Origin: Polyangia bacterium
GTDB taxonomy: Bacteria > Myxococcota_A > Polyangia > Palsa-1104 > JAEUJZ01
Direction: 5' to 3'
DNA length: 38,665 bases
Assembly (NCBI GenBank): GCA_038231615.1
Contig: JBBRLA010000002.1
Location: 1-38,665, forward strand
The notes below the pieces were generated by a model. It had not been told where the DNA came from. It ran no database searches and saw only the letters and a list, made by a program, of their open reading frames with translations. Below, piece after piece: positions 1 through 12,036 of the stretch (positions are counted from its first letter, which is position 1; each line of letters begins with the position of its first letter). Both the position numbers and the translations under genes were made by a program.

Positions 1-618
1 GAGGTCGTAGGTTTCCAGCTCCCCCGGTCCGATTGGAATCTGGATGCCGGTGGCGTCCAGGCCCTCCACGGCAATGGGAACGTGGACGCCGTACTTGTTG
101 GCGTGGGCGGCAAGGCAAGCCGAGATGACCTGCTGCTCGACCAGGGTCGCCGGGGCCCCCCCAGACCATCCAGGAGCGAGGCCGAGGTCTCCAGGCCAGC
201 TGTGGCTCGCACCGGTGGATGGATTCTGCCACGAGAGCTGGCCGCCCGAAGGCAGCGCGCACTTCACTAGGTAACGCATCACCATCGGGGAATGGGCCAG
301 GTTTTGGTTGAACCAGGTGGAGAAGCTGGTCGTGCTCAGGCCGTTGATCGACAGGCCGTTGATCGACAGGCCGTTAATCGACAGCCCGTTGATCGACAGC
401 CCGTTGATCGACAAGCCATTCTGCGAGTTCAGGGCCTCCTGTTGCTGCGCGATGGATGCCGGCTCTGCCTCAGCGCAGCCACCAAGCACCGCGGCGAGCG
501 CAACGGCTATCGCGGAGGAGCCGCAGAACCATGTAAGCGCCGTCTGGCGATCCGGATCGGCAGCGTCAAGATCGGAGGAAGGGCGGGGCGAAGTCGCGGA
601 CGTGGGATGGGGGTACAT
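1..618 (-). CDS. Myxobacterial-type lipoprotein with NGLSI pentapeptide repeats (3' end runs off the window)
   Basis: Missing from the ORF track because there is no stop in the window. Manual translation: ...AIAVALAAVLGGCAEAEP...(NGLSI)x5 NGLSTTSFSTWF...MRYLVKCALP...WPGDLGLAPGW...QQVISACLAAHANKYGVHVPI. Lipobox LGGC. ATG at 618 has GGGAG 6 nt upstream; in-frame ATGs also at 624, 663, 675. Confidence 0.8.
   Translation of the reverse strand, partial: MYPHPTSATSPRPSSDLDAADPDRQTALTWFCGSSAIAVALAAVLGGCAEAEPASIAQQQEALNSQNGLSINGLSINGLSINGLSINGLSINGLSTTSFSTWFNQNLAHSPMVMRYLVKCALPSGGQLSWQNPSTGASHSWPGDLGLAPGWSGGAPATLVEQQVISACLAAHANKYGVHVPIAVEGLDATGIQIPIGPGELETYDL
334..420 (-). repeat. 15-bp coding tandem repeat (NGLSI x5 + NGLS)
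   Basis: Near-identical CCGTTGATCGACAG(G/C) units on the + strand; variation is synonymous in the minus-strand frame. Confidence 0.95.
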
Positions 619-902
619 GTACATCTCCCAGGTTTCAGGTTGGTGGGCAACTGCCTTGAGCATGGGGCGTGCCATCTTCGCGTGCCTTGCTCTCTGCGGA
701 CTTCGGGGTTCATCCAGTCGCTGACCGGAGCGCAAGGCGCCAGGAGGAAGAAGCGATTCCGACCCGGAGGGCACCAAAGTTTGCGCAAATCAGGGGGATC
801 GGGCCCTTCTCGGAAGATGGCGGCTAGACGTCGGGGGCTGGCTGGCTACGCGTTGCCGTGGATCGGAGGAACCAGCCGGGCGATAAAATGATATGATGGG
901 GG

Positions 903-3218
903 GTGGCTGATAATGTGCCTCTGATTGGCCGGATACTCCAGAAGTACAATCTCGTCACTCGCCAGCAGTTCAATGCAGTCGTGCATGCCCACGACGAGCT
1001 GGCGGGGCGTATCTCCCTGAGTGAACTCCTTCAGGATCGAGGCCACCTGACGCCGGAGCAGGTGGCCTGGCTGGCCCAGGCGGTCAGCCACTACGAGCAG
1101 CGAAGTCAGCGCGCCAAGATGCACAAGGTGCCGCGGGTCGAACCGGAGCACGTCGCGGCACCTGCCGAGGTCACGGCACCCGCCGAGGTCACGGAGCTGA
1201 TCGTCGAACCGATCGTAGGATTGGGGTCGATGACAGAGGCGGGAGCCCCGAGCCAGGAGGCCCACTCGGTGGATCTGGCCGGTCCGACCCGGCCGGAGAT
1301 CCCACAGGTCGATGAGCAGCGCTCCGCTTCCCTGCGCGAGGCGGCAATCGATGCAGACGAAGGCGGCAAGGGGCCTGGCGAGGCGACGACTTCTGCCGTG
1401 GGCGCGAAAGGCGCCGGAGGCACCGAGAGCGCCGGGGGCGGCGAGAGCGCCGGGGGCGGCGAGAGCGCCGGAGGCACCGAGAGCGCCGGGGGCGGCGAGG
1501 AGCCATTGTCCCTTGGCCTTGAGGTGCTGACCCTCGGCCCCTCTATCACGGATGGCTCCCAGGGCTGCCCCAGCATCGAAGGTCCAGAGGCTCCCCACGG
1601 CTTGCAGCCGGAGTTCATCATCGGGGACGAAGAAGTGGGGCCCATTTGGATCGAGCCGGCCGCCGAATTCGAGGGCGTGCCCACGCACACCGCCACCCTC
1701 ACGCCGCTGCAGCCGGTCCTCCCAGCCTCAGAGGACCTCCCGGGTCTTCGCAGCGCGCCTCTCGACGTGCCTCTGGACGTGCCCCTGGACGCAATCGATC
1801 CCGCCGAGTTCGCCCACGATCCCCCAGGGTTCCTCGATCGCTCGCCCGTAAGCGCCGCGCCCCCCGCGGCCGAGGCCAACCCGGAGTTGCCCGACCTCGA
1901 CTTCCCGGCCCCTTTGCCCGATGCCCGACCCCGGCCAGGCGCGGCGCCCAGGGACGAGCCCCCTCCTGCGCGCCCCGCCCCCGTCCGCGCGGCCCTTGGG
2001 GCAAGCCTTGGCGGCGGGCGCGTCGCCATCGGGGCGCTGCGCCCCCTGGACAACGGGCGCGACGGGCGCCGCAGGGAAGCGACGCGCCGGGCCCGCGAAC
2101 CAGCCCTCGCCGAGCCGCCGCGGCACAAGCCCGAGCAGGAACCGCGTCCGAAGAACGTCCCTTGCGATCTCCCGGGTCTCCTGCGCGAGGCGCTGCGCCT
2201 TGAAGCCAGCGACGCCCGCCTGCATGTCGGCCTGCCGCCCCACGTGCGGGTCTTTGGGGAACTTCACCCGCTGCTTGAATTCGGCCTCGGCACGGCACAG
2301 GGCCACGAGGAAATCCTGGTGCAGGCGCTGACGCTGGATGAACGGCGCCTCCTGCGCGATCAGCGCGATCTCACCTTCATTTACACCAGCCCCATCGGCC
2401 GGTTTCGCGCCACCGTCATCCGTCACGATCGAGGCTGCGACCTGATCTTCCGGGCGATCCCGCCCCGCGTCCCCCGGCTGGAGGAACTCGGCCTTTCATC
2501 GCTGGCCGGCGCACTTTCCGGCGTGCACAGCGGCCTCATCGTATGCACCGGCCCCTCGGGGTGCGGCAAGACCACCACCCAGGCGGCGCTGGTCGATCAT
2601 TTCCACCGCCACCTGCACCGCTGCCATCGGGTGCTCCTCATCGAGGACCCCATCGAGTTCGTGCACCCCGCCAAGCCCGGGGTGATCCACCAGCGGCAGG
2701 TGGGCACGCACACCCAGAGCGTCGAACGGGCGCTGGAGGCGGCGCTCCCGGGGAACTACGACCTCATCGGGGTCGGTGAACTTCGGACCTCCGCCACGGC
2801 GGCCCTGGCCCTTCACCTGGCCGGCGCCGGCAGCCTGGTCATCGTCACCGCCCCGGCGGGCAACGCCGCCCACGCCATCGAGTGGTGGCTCGATCTGTTC
2901 CCCAGGGAACACCACACCGCCGCGCGCATCGCCTTGTCCCAGGGCCTCGCCGCCGTCGTAGCCCAGCGCCTGGTGCCCCGGGCGGACGGGGCCGGTCGCG
3001 TCGCGCTTACCGAGACCCTCCTTAACACCCCGGGGATCGCCTCCCTGATCCAGGAAGGCCGCCTGTCCGAACTGCGCGCCCGCATGCGGGAAGAACGCGG
3101 TCTGGGCATGACCCTTTTTGACGAGTCGCTCATCGGATGCGTCCGCAACGGCATCGTCAGCGCCGAGGAAGCCCGCACCCAGTGGCAGATCCCCGGCATC
3201 TTCCCAGGACCTGGTTGA
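903..3218 (+). CDS. PilT/PilU-family ATPase with MshEN-like N-terminus and long acidic/Pro-rich linker
   Basis: Walker A GPSGCGKTTT, Asp box IEDPIEFVH, QRQVG, Walker B GVGELR, AQRLVPRADG, GMTLFDESL. N-terminal LIGRILQKYNLVTRQQF...LSELLQDRGHLTPEQV. GTG start. Confidence 0.85.
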   Translation: MADNVPLIGRILQKYNLVTRQQFNAVVHAHDELAGRISLSELLQDRGHLTPEQVAWLAQAVSHYEQRSQRAKMHKVPRVEPEHVAAPAEVTAPAEVTELIVEPIVGLGSMTEAGAPSQEAHSVDLAGPTRPEIPQVDEQRSASLREAAIDADEGGKGPGEATTSAVGAKGAGGTESAGGGESAGGGESAGGTESAGGGEEPLSLGLEVLTLGPSITDGSQGCPSIEGPEAPHGLQPEFIIGDEEVGPIWIEPAAEFEGVPTHTATLTPLQPVLPASEDLPGLRSAPLDVPLDVPLDAIDPAEFAHDPPGFLDRSPVSAAPPAAEANPELPDLDFPAPLPDARPRPGAAPRDEPPPARPAPVRAALGASLGGGRVAIGALRPLDNGRDGRRREATRRAREPALAEPPRHKPEQEPRPKNVPCDLPGLLREALRLEASDARLHVGLPPHVRVFGELHPLLEFGLGTAQGHEEILVQALTLDERRLLRDQRDLTFIYTSPIGRFRATVIRHDRGCDLIFRAIPPRVPRLEELGLSSLAGALSGVHSGLIVCTGPSGCGKTTTQAALVDHFHRHLHRCHRVLLIEDPIEFVHPAKPGVIHQRQVGTHTQSVERALEAALPGNYDLIGVGELRTSATAALALHLAGAGSLVIVTAPAGNAAHAIEWWLDLFPREHHTAARIALSQGLAAVVAQRLVPRADGAGRVALTETLLNTPGIASLIQEGRLSELRARMREERGLGMTLFDESLIGCVRNGIVSAEEARTQWQIPGIFPGPG
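1411..1499 (+). repeat. 18-bp coding tandem repeat (~5 units, ESAGG[G/T])
   Basis: GAGAGCGCCGG(G/A)GGC(GG/AC)C units encoding GGTESAGGGESAGGGESAGGTESAGGGE in the PilT linker. Confidence 0.9.
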
Positions 3219-3228
3219 GGAGAAGCCC

Positions 3229-4359
3229 GTGCCCCGCATCGAACAGTGGCTCCGCCTGATGAAAGAGCTTTCGGCCAGCGTGCTGCACCTCTCGGCGGGC
3301 GCCGTGCCCGCCGTCGAGGTTTTCGGGGCCCTTGTGCCCCTTCCGGATTGCGAGGCCCACGCCGACGACGATCTGCGCCGCCTGCTCAAGGAGATCGTCC
3401 CCGATGGCGAGTGGGGCGATTTCGAGCGCGGCCACGATGCGACCTTTACCTACCAACCTGGCGGGACCCCCCGCATCCACGGCTCGCTTTACGAGCACCA
3501 CCGGGGCATCGGCGCGGTCCTCCGCCTGCTCCCCGACAGAGCGCCCACGCTGCTGGAACTGAAGGTCCCGCCGGCCATCCTGGGCCTGTGCCACGCGCGT
3601 GGGGGAATTGTCCTTGTGACCGGCCCGGCAGGCGCCGGAAAGTCCACCTTGCTGGCCGCCCTGCTCGACGGCATCAACCAGGCCCACTGCCGTTCCATCC
3701 TGACCCTGGAGGAGCGCCTGACCCTGCCCCAGAAGAGCAAGAAGTCGATCCTGGTCCAGCGGCAGGTGGGCACCAGCGCCTGGGCCATCGAGGAGGCCCT
3801 GCGTGCCGCCCCCCGAAGGGACGTGGACGTGGTCCTGGTCGATCCCCTGCCGGCCCCGGCGCACCGGGACGATGCCGCCGCCCGGGTGGTCTCGGCCCTG
3901 CTCATGGCCGCCGAGGCGGGCGTCCTGTGCCTGGTGGCCCTCCGGGCCCGCGACAGCCTTCATGGAATCGAATCCATCATCGCTCAATGTTTTGCGGATC
4001 AGCAGGGCCAGGTCCGGCGCCAGCTCGGGCGGTCCCTGCGGGCGGTGATCTCCCAGCGGCTGTGCCAGGCCGCGGACGGCAAGGGAGTGATCGCCGCCCA
4101 CGAGATTCTGCTGGGAGGGCCCGGCCTGGCCGCCGCGGTAGACGCCGGCAGCACCGCGGCGCTCCTGTCCCTGGTCTTCACCGGCCGCGCCCTGGGGATG
4201 CAGTCTCTGGACCGGGAACTCGCGCTGCTGCGCGACGGCGGCGCGATCACGCAGCGGGAAGCCGACCGGCACCTGAGCCAGCGCCCCTGCCCCCTGGGAT
4301 TTCCCGACGCCCTGGCCGATGCATCTGCCGATTCGTCTACCCGTGTCAGCGTCCGCTGA
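3229..4359 (+). CDS. Second, highly degenerate PilT-family ATPase
   Basis: LHLSAG, Walker A GPAGAGKST, QRQVG, AVISQRL, AHEIL, GMQSLDREL. Start moved from 3118 to the in-frame GTG at 3229 (GAGGAG upstream, just after the stop at 3218). Confidence 0.8.
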   Translation: MPRIEQWLRLMKELSASVLHLSAGAVPAVEVFGALVPLPDCEAHADDDLRRLLKEIVPDGEWGDFERGHDATFTYQPGGTPRIHGSLYEHHRGIGAVLRLLPDRAPTLLELKVPPAILGLCHARGGIVLVTGPAGAGKSTLLAALLDGINQAHCRSILTLEERLTLPQKSKKSILVQRQVGTSAWAIEEALRAAPRRDVDVVLVDPLPAPAHRDDAAARVVSALLMAAEAGVLCLVALRARDSLHGIESIIAQCFADQQGQVRRQLGRSLRAVISQRLCQAADGKGVIAAHEILLGGPGLAAAVDAGSTAALLSLVFTGRALGMQSLDRELALLRDGGAITQREADRHLSQRPCPLGFPDALADASADSSTRVSVR

Positions 4360-5146
4360 CCGCCGAGGCAATCAGCCGGATCAGGTCCGGCTCATCCAGG
4401 TCCCCGGCGATGGCGTAGCCCAGCCCCTGATCCCGGAAGAGCGCCACGTGATACCCCTTCTCTCCCTGAAGATAGACCTCGTGGCTGTGGATCATTTGCC
4501 GCCGCCCGGTCACCATGGCCACCTCGTCCGGGTCGAAGATGAACACCGAGATCTTGCCGCTCTGCCCGTCCCCATGGCTGTCCCCATGGCTGTCATAGAT
4601 CAGGTACGCCGCCTCCCGGTTCCCGATGCTGGAGATGCGCCCCCCGCGCAACGACGCCATCGGTTCCAGCCGCAGGGCCCGCACCGCAAAGGGGACCTTG
4701 CCATCGAACCAGCGCAGCACCACCCGGGGATCGCCGCTGACCTCCGCCGGCAGGTTGCGCTGGTGCCGGACGATCGAGTCGGCGATCGCCGGCGGCGACA
4801 GCGGCCGATGCGACAGAAACAGGTACAGCGGCAACGCCAGGAAAAGGACCGGCAACGCCCACCGGGAGGGAAACCGCTTCGGCAGCACCGGCACCGACAC
4901 CGGCTTGTGCGCCGCCCCCTGGTCCTCCTCTTCCAATACCCGCTCGATGCGCTGCCGCAGCGCCATCGAGGCCGACGGGCGCGGCGCGGCCACCCGCAGG
5001 CTGGTCTTTTCCGCCGACCGTTCCTGCACCAGGCGACGGCAGGGGGGGCACGACAGAAGATGCGCCTCCACCTCCAGCCGCTCGGGTTCCGCGAACTCGA
5101 AGTCGATGAAGGTGTCGACGTAGCGCTCGACCTCCCGGCACTCCAT
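4346..5146 (-). CDS. Zinc-binding (ZAS, HxxxCxxC) transmembrane anti-sigma factor
   Basis: MECREVERYVDTFIDFEF...EAHLLSCPPC, one TM helix (WALPVLFLALPLYLFL), extracytoplasmic domain. Start moved to ATG 5146 (GGAG upstream) directly after the sigma gene stop. Confidence 0.88.
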   Translation of the reverse strand: MECREVERYVDTFIDFEFAEPERLEVEAHLLSCPPCRRLVQERSAEKTSLRVAAPRPSASMALRQRIERVLEEEDQGAAHKPVSVPVLPKRFPSRWALPVLFLALPLYLFLSHRPLSPPAIADSIVRHQRNLPAEVSGDPRVVLRWFDGKVPFAVRALRLEPMASLRGGRISSIGNREAAYLIYDSHGDSHGDGQSGKISVFIFDPDEVAMVTGRRQMIHSHEVYLQGEKGYHVALFRDQGLGYAIAGDLDEPDLIRLIASAVSGR

Positions 5147-5148
5147 CG

Positions 5149-5778
5149 TCACTCCGGGGCCCTTTTGCGCAGCGGGATCACATCCGCCATCGCCCTGACG
5201 ATCCCCTCCCGCTCCGCGTGTCCGCGCAGCGTCCCTTGCAGCAGCCGCCGGCCCCGGGACACCCGGCTCATCACCGTCCCCACCGGGCAATCCATGATGT
5301 CCGCTATCTCGCGATATGAGAACTCGTCGATGTCGCAGAGCATCACCGCCAGCCGGAATTCTTCCGGCAGCGCCTGGAGCGCCCGCTGCACGTCGTCGGA
5401 AAGCAGCGCCGCTTGCAGTGCCTGTTCCGGGTCCTTGGTGGTGCGCAAAAGGTCCGCCGAGAGCACGCCCTCCCCGCCCTCCTGCTCCAGCGTCTCGGCG
5501 ACCGACCGCTCCAGCACCCGGCGGCGGTATCGGCTGATGAAGGTGTTGGTGAGGATCTTGAAGAGCCAGGCCTTGCACCGCTGCTCCCCGGCGAACTGCT
5601 CGAAGGACTGATAGGCCCGCAGCACTGTGTCCTGCACCAGGTCCTCGGCGTCCCGCTCATTGCGGGTCAACCGCAGCGCGGCACCGTAAAGCGCGTCCAG
5701 ATGCACCAGGGCCGTCGCCTCGAAGCGAGCGCGGCTCTCATGGGTCTCGGGTCGCCTTTTCTCGGTGCTCTGCGCCAT
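5149..5778 (-). CDS. ECF sigma-70 factor (SigH/SigR-like)
   Basis: Region 2 [22 protein letters not shown]...[11 protein letters not shown]; region 4 [41 protein letters not shown]; adjacent ZAS anti-sigma. Confidence 0.93.
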   Translation of the reverse strand: MAQSTEKRRPETHESRARFEATALVHLDALYGAALRLTRNERDAEDLVQDTVLRAYQSFEQFAGEQRCKAWLFKILTNTFISRYRRRVLERSVAETLEQEGGEGVLSADLLRTTKDPEQALQAALLSDDVQRALQALPEEFRLAVMLCDIDEFSYREIADIMDCPVGTVMSRVSRGRRLLQGTLRGHAEREGIVRAMADVIPLRKRAPE

Positions 5779-5787
5779 TTACCTTAA

Positions 5788-5813
5788 AACGCACCAGAGG
5801 CGGGGTTTATTCC
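5788..5813 (-). promoter_or_regulatory. Putative autoregulatory ECF promoter GGAAT-N18-GTT
   Basis: Minus strand GGAAT AAACCCCGCCTCTGGTGC GTT, ending 9 nt before the sigma ATG; matches the SigR/SigH-type consensus. Confidence 0.7.
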
Positions 5814-5858
5814 CCGATTTCAGGGATGTCAGGCGATCTCAGGCGGTAACAAGCGATC

Positions 5859-8966
<3,108 letters not shown>

Positions 8967-8991
8967 ATTGATGTCTTGCTTTCGCCTGTGA

Positions 8992-9013
8992 GCCCGGGGA
9001 CGTCTCCCCGGGC
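8992..9013. other. GC-rich hairpin upstream of secA
   Basis: GCCCGGGGA-cgtc-TCCCCGGGC (9-bp stem). No U-tract in the secA direction, so not called a terminator. Confidence 0.4.
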
Positions 9014-9082
9014 CTGATTTTGATGGGCCTTTATTAGTAATCTAGGGTCTGGTCGGAGGCAAGCTTGTCGTCGCTGAGCCCA

Positions 9083-10057
9083 TCAGAAGGTAGTCCAACG
9101 CAGGCCCACGCCCGCGCGCAGGAAGCCCCACGGGACCTGCGGCAGGTGGGGCTCGGTCCCGGGCATCTCCATCGGGTCCGTCTTGCGATCCGGCAAGTAG
9201 AGGTTGACATCGCCGCTCCCCAGAAATACCCCTGAAAGCGAGAGCGACAGATCCAGGGCCAAACCCCGAAAAAGCGCCAGGCTGGCGACCCCATGCACAT
9301 CCAGCCGCAGCCCCCCATCGCCCACCGTGCCCGCATTCCCGTCGTCCGTCACCACCGCCGTCCGCAGCCAGCCGATGCCCGCACCGACCCCCGGCGAGAA
9401 GGTCACCCGACCCACGCCCAGGGGCACGTCCACCGTGGCCAGAAGGTCGGTGAAAAAGCGCAGCGCCGCCAGGTCGCCATTTTTCGCCGGGGTCACGTCT
9501 CCGCCGAGGCGCAGGCGCATCCCCAGGCAGGCCCGGCCCGCGCGGATGCAGGCGCCCAGGGAGGCCCCCAGCCACGCCACGCCGGTCGTGCCGATGGATA
9601 CCTCGGGCCGCGCGAAGACCTGAAAGTCCGGGAAGCGCGACACCGTCACGACCGGCGACGTCCCTTGGCCTCGGCCTTGGCCCTGCTCCACGCCGTGCCC
9701 GAAGAGCAGCGGCTGGCTGATGTCGCTGCGCGCCCAGGATTCGATGAGGGTCGCCGCCGTGCTCGGGTCTTCCACCAGCCGCTCGCAGCGACGGACCTCC
9801 TGCAAAAGGATGATCACGTCCAGCTTCGACCCCCGCCGCGTCACCTGCGCCCGCACCGCCGGACAGTCGCTCTCATCCGCGAAGGTGGCGATCCCCCGCT
9901 GCCGCAGCATGCGGGACACGTCGCTGACCACCGCCGCCTGGCCATCCAGCACGACCGTGGGTCGGCACTCCGCGGCCCAGGCAGGGGAAAAGACCAGGCA
10001 GGGGCAAAGGATGCACAACAAAATGCATCGCGTGGCGTCACCGGCGCCGCGGTTCAT
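9083..10057 (-). CDS. Exported hypothetical protein with beta-strand-rich C-terminal half
   Basis: Signal peptide (CILLCILCPCLVFSPAWA-AEC); alternating hydrophobic strands ending FLRAGVGLRWTTF (beta-signal-like). Start uncertain because the ATG lies within a repeat. Confidence 0.7.
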   Translation of the reverse strand: MNRGAGDATRCILLCILCPCLVFSPAWAAECRPTVVLDGQAAVVSDVSRMLRQRGIATFADESDCPAVRAQVTRRGSKLDVIILLQEVRRCERLVEDPSTAATLIESWARSDISQPLLFGHGVEQGQGRGQGTSPVVTVSRFPDFQVFARPEVSIGTTGVAWLGASLGACIRAGRACLGMRLRLGGDVTPAKNGDLAALRFFTDLLATVDVPLGVGRVTFSPGVGAGIGWLRTAVVTDDGNAGTVGDGGLRLDVHGVASLALFRGLALDLSLSLSGVFLGSGDVNLYLPDRKTDPMEMPGTEPHLPQVPWGFLRAGVGLRWTTF

Positions 10058-10088
10058 GGATCGCGTGGCGTCACCGACATGGCGTCAC
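10027..10088. repeat. 33-bp-period hairpin repeat, divergent copy A
   Basis: ATCGCGTGGCGTCACCG at 10027 and 10060 around GGCGCCGCGGTTCAT; third partial TGGCGTCAC at 10080. Confidence 0.7.
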
Positions 10089-10124
10089 TTTAGCAGGGAC
10101 ACCGCGTGATGCACGCCGCCCGCG

Positions 10125-10649
10125 TCAATTCAGGTTGATTCTTCCGCCGGGCGCCGCCCCTCCGGGCTGGTGGCAGGTGGCGCAGGAGGTGATCGTCTGG
10201 AGCGCGGCCATCTCCCGGACGACGTTGCCTTGGGTAATCCGCGCCCGGATCGGCGTCGTCAGCGTCTCGGAAGTAAAGAAGTTGCCCGAGCGGTTGGTGA
10301 TCAGGGTGATGAGCGTGTGGCCCGCGGCGTCCAGGATCTCGACCTTGACCGCGTCGACCCCGCTGGTGTCACAGGTCGACTTCCCCGTGGGATAGACCGT
10401 GCCCGAGGCGGTCCAGATCAGTCTCCCGGCCTCCCCGTTCTGTGTGTGGCACGTCTGGCACACCCGCCCCGGGAGCATCCGCGCCTCGGGGATCAGGTTG
10501 GCCTCGGTGGGCGTCTCGCAGCCGGCCTTGTCTTCGGTGAAGTCTTGTACCGGCCGGACGCACCCCGGGGCAAAAAGGCCCGCCAGGCAGAGCAGCCAGA
10601 CGAAGAGGCCGCGATCCCCATGCGGCGCGTGAGGAAAAAAGCGTCTCAT
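10125..10649 (-). CDS. Diheme c-type cytochrome lipoprotein
   Basis: Lipobox-like FAPG-C; CQTCH and CATCH heme motifs; MLPG before the first motif; beta-sandwich segment (SGTVY...TNRSGNFF) between them. Confidence 0.8.
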   Translation of the reverse strand: MRRFFPHAPHGDRGLFVWLLCLAGLFAPGCVRPVQDFTEDKAGCETPTEANLIPEARMLPGRVCQTCHTQNGEAGRLIWTASGTVYPTGKSTCDTSGVDAVKVEILDAAGHTLITLITNRSGNFFTSETLTTPIRARITQGNVVREMAALQTITSCATCHQPGGAAPGGRINLN

Positions 10650-10655
10650 CTCGGG

Positions 10656-11234
10656 TCACCCCTTGAACACCAGGCTGACGTCGATCACCAGCGTGTCGTC
10701 AACCTTGACGAACATCAGGCTCGGGCGCTCGATCTTGAACTCGTCCAGGCTGATGTTGAAGTGCGCGCTGGCCGACACCTTGCCCGGGGCCTCGAAGGTG
10801 ACCTTCACCGGCACCTGCAAGATTTTTTTTACCCCGTGGAAGCTCAGCTCGCCCTGGAACGTCTTGTCCACCGTCGTCGGGAATTGGGTCGGCGGGGTCA
10901 GCCCGGCCCCGGCCGCCTTTAGCTCGATGGTGGGGTACTTGGCGGCGTCGGTGACCTCTTTCATGTGGGCGTCCCGGTTCGCGTTCCCCGAGTCGAAGGA
11001 CTCGATTGGCGCGCGCACGCCGACCTGTGCCTGCCCGTCTGGCAGGATGCGGGCCTTGCCCTCGACCTTCTTCGAGACGCCGTCGAACTTGTGGAACTTG
11101 TGCACCAGATGATAGGTCAGCTTGCTCTGGCCAGCGTCCACCGAGAGGAGGGTGGCCGCAGGCGCCGGATCGGCAAATGCCGGGGTCGAGACCGAGGCCA
11201 AGAACAGGGCGAAAAGGAAAGCGGAACCTCGCAT
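10656..11234 (-). CDS. YceI-family periplasmic lipid/polyisoprenoid-binding protein
   Basis: Signal peptide; SFDSGNANRDAHMKE, KYPTI, GELSFHGVKK, ISLDEFKIERP. Confidence 0.9.
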   Translation of the reverse strand: MRGSAFLFALFLASVSTPAFADPAPAATLLSVDAGQSKLTYHLVHKFHKFDGVSKKVEGKARILPDGQAQVGVRAPIESFDSGNANRDAHMKEVTDAAKYPTIELKAAGAGLTPPTQFPTTVDKTFQGELSFHGVKKILQVPVKVTFEAPGKVSASAHFNISLDEFKIERPSLMFVKVDDTLVIDVSLVFKG

Positions 11235-11259
11235 GGTAACTCCAGTTGCAGGTTGTATG

Positions 11260-12036
11260 TTAGAAGAGGAGTGACAAAGTCCCGACGGTCATGAAGCCCA
11301 GGGTCGCGTACCCGGTGACCACGTGGGCCAGGGCCAGGGTCGGCTGATCCAGCTTGCCCACCTGGGTGGTGGCAGTGAGCGAGCCGAGGATGATCTGCGT
11401 GACCATCCCCGCGGTGGCCATGGCCATCGCGACCCGGTGCACCATCACGGTGTCGAACTTCAGCGGCTTGGGATAGGGATTGGGGGCCAGCAACGCCAAA
11501 AGCCCCGTCGTGGTGAAAAGCACCGAGGTGGTGGCCGACAGGTACAGGTGCGCGTCCTGGTAGCGCCCCGTGAAGTCGCCGCTCTGGTACTTGTCGTAAT
11601 AGTTCAGCTGGCCCACCACGCAGGTCGCCAAAAGCCCGGCCAGCGTGGCGAAGCCCAGGGTCTGGTGCGCCAGCAGCATGTTGCGCCGCCGCTTCGACTG
11701 CCGCTCGATCTTCAGGCTTTTCTGAAGCTGCGCCTGCGCTTGTGCCGCATCCGGTTTTGGCTTGTCGCTGTCCCCGAACGCGTCAAAGTCCAGGTTGGCC
11801 TTGGGCGCTTCGCGATCCTGTACCGCCGGGGCCGCCGCCGATGGGCCTGCCGGGACCTCCGCCGCTTTGGCCGGGGCCGGCGTGACTTCCGCGGGCGTCG
11901 ATTCCGGGCCGCGGAAGGGCGGCGTGGCGGCAGTGGGCCCCGCTGGGGTGCGAAAGGGTGGAATGGGGGCCTGCTTGGCCCACACCGGGCCGGCGACGAA
12001 CCAGACACACAGTAGCGTGATAACCGCTGCTCTCAT
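11260..12036 (-). CDS. Membrane protein with four His-bearing TM helices (possible b-type cytochrome)
   Basis: Signal peptide, Pro/Ala linker, then four hydrophobic segments starting LAHQTLG, DAHLYLS, MVHRVAM, LAHVVTG. CDS is solid; the cytochrome call is inference. Confidence 0.7.
   Translation of the reverse strand: MRAAVITLLCVWFVAGPVWAKQAPIPPFRTPAGPTAATPPFRGPESTPAEVTPAPAKAAEVPAGPSAAAPAVQDREAPKANLDFDAFGDSDKPKPDAAQAQAQLQKSLKIERQSKRRRNMLLAHQTLGFATLAGLLATCVVGQLNYYDKYQSGDFTGRYQDAHLYLSATTSVLFTTTGLLALLAPNPYPKPLKFDTVMVHRVAMAMATAGMVTQIILGSLTATTQVGKLDQPTLALAHVVTGYATLGFMTVGTLSLLF

Noticed and set aside
334-420. Regular repeats as a CRISPR array
   Set aside because: 15-bp head-to-tail units with no spacers, explained as NGLSI codons; no cas genes seen.
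292-891. + strand ORFs 292-891 and 308-724 (QAVDR / PLIDR repeats)
   Set aside because: Shadows of the minus-strand lipoprotein; repeat variation is synonymous only in the minus frame.
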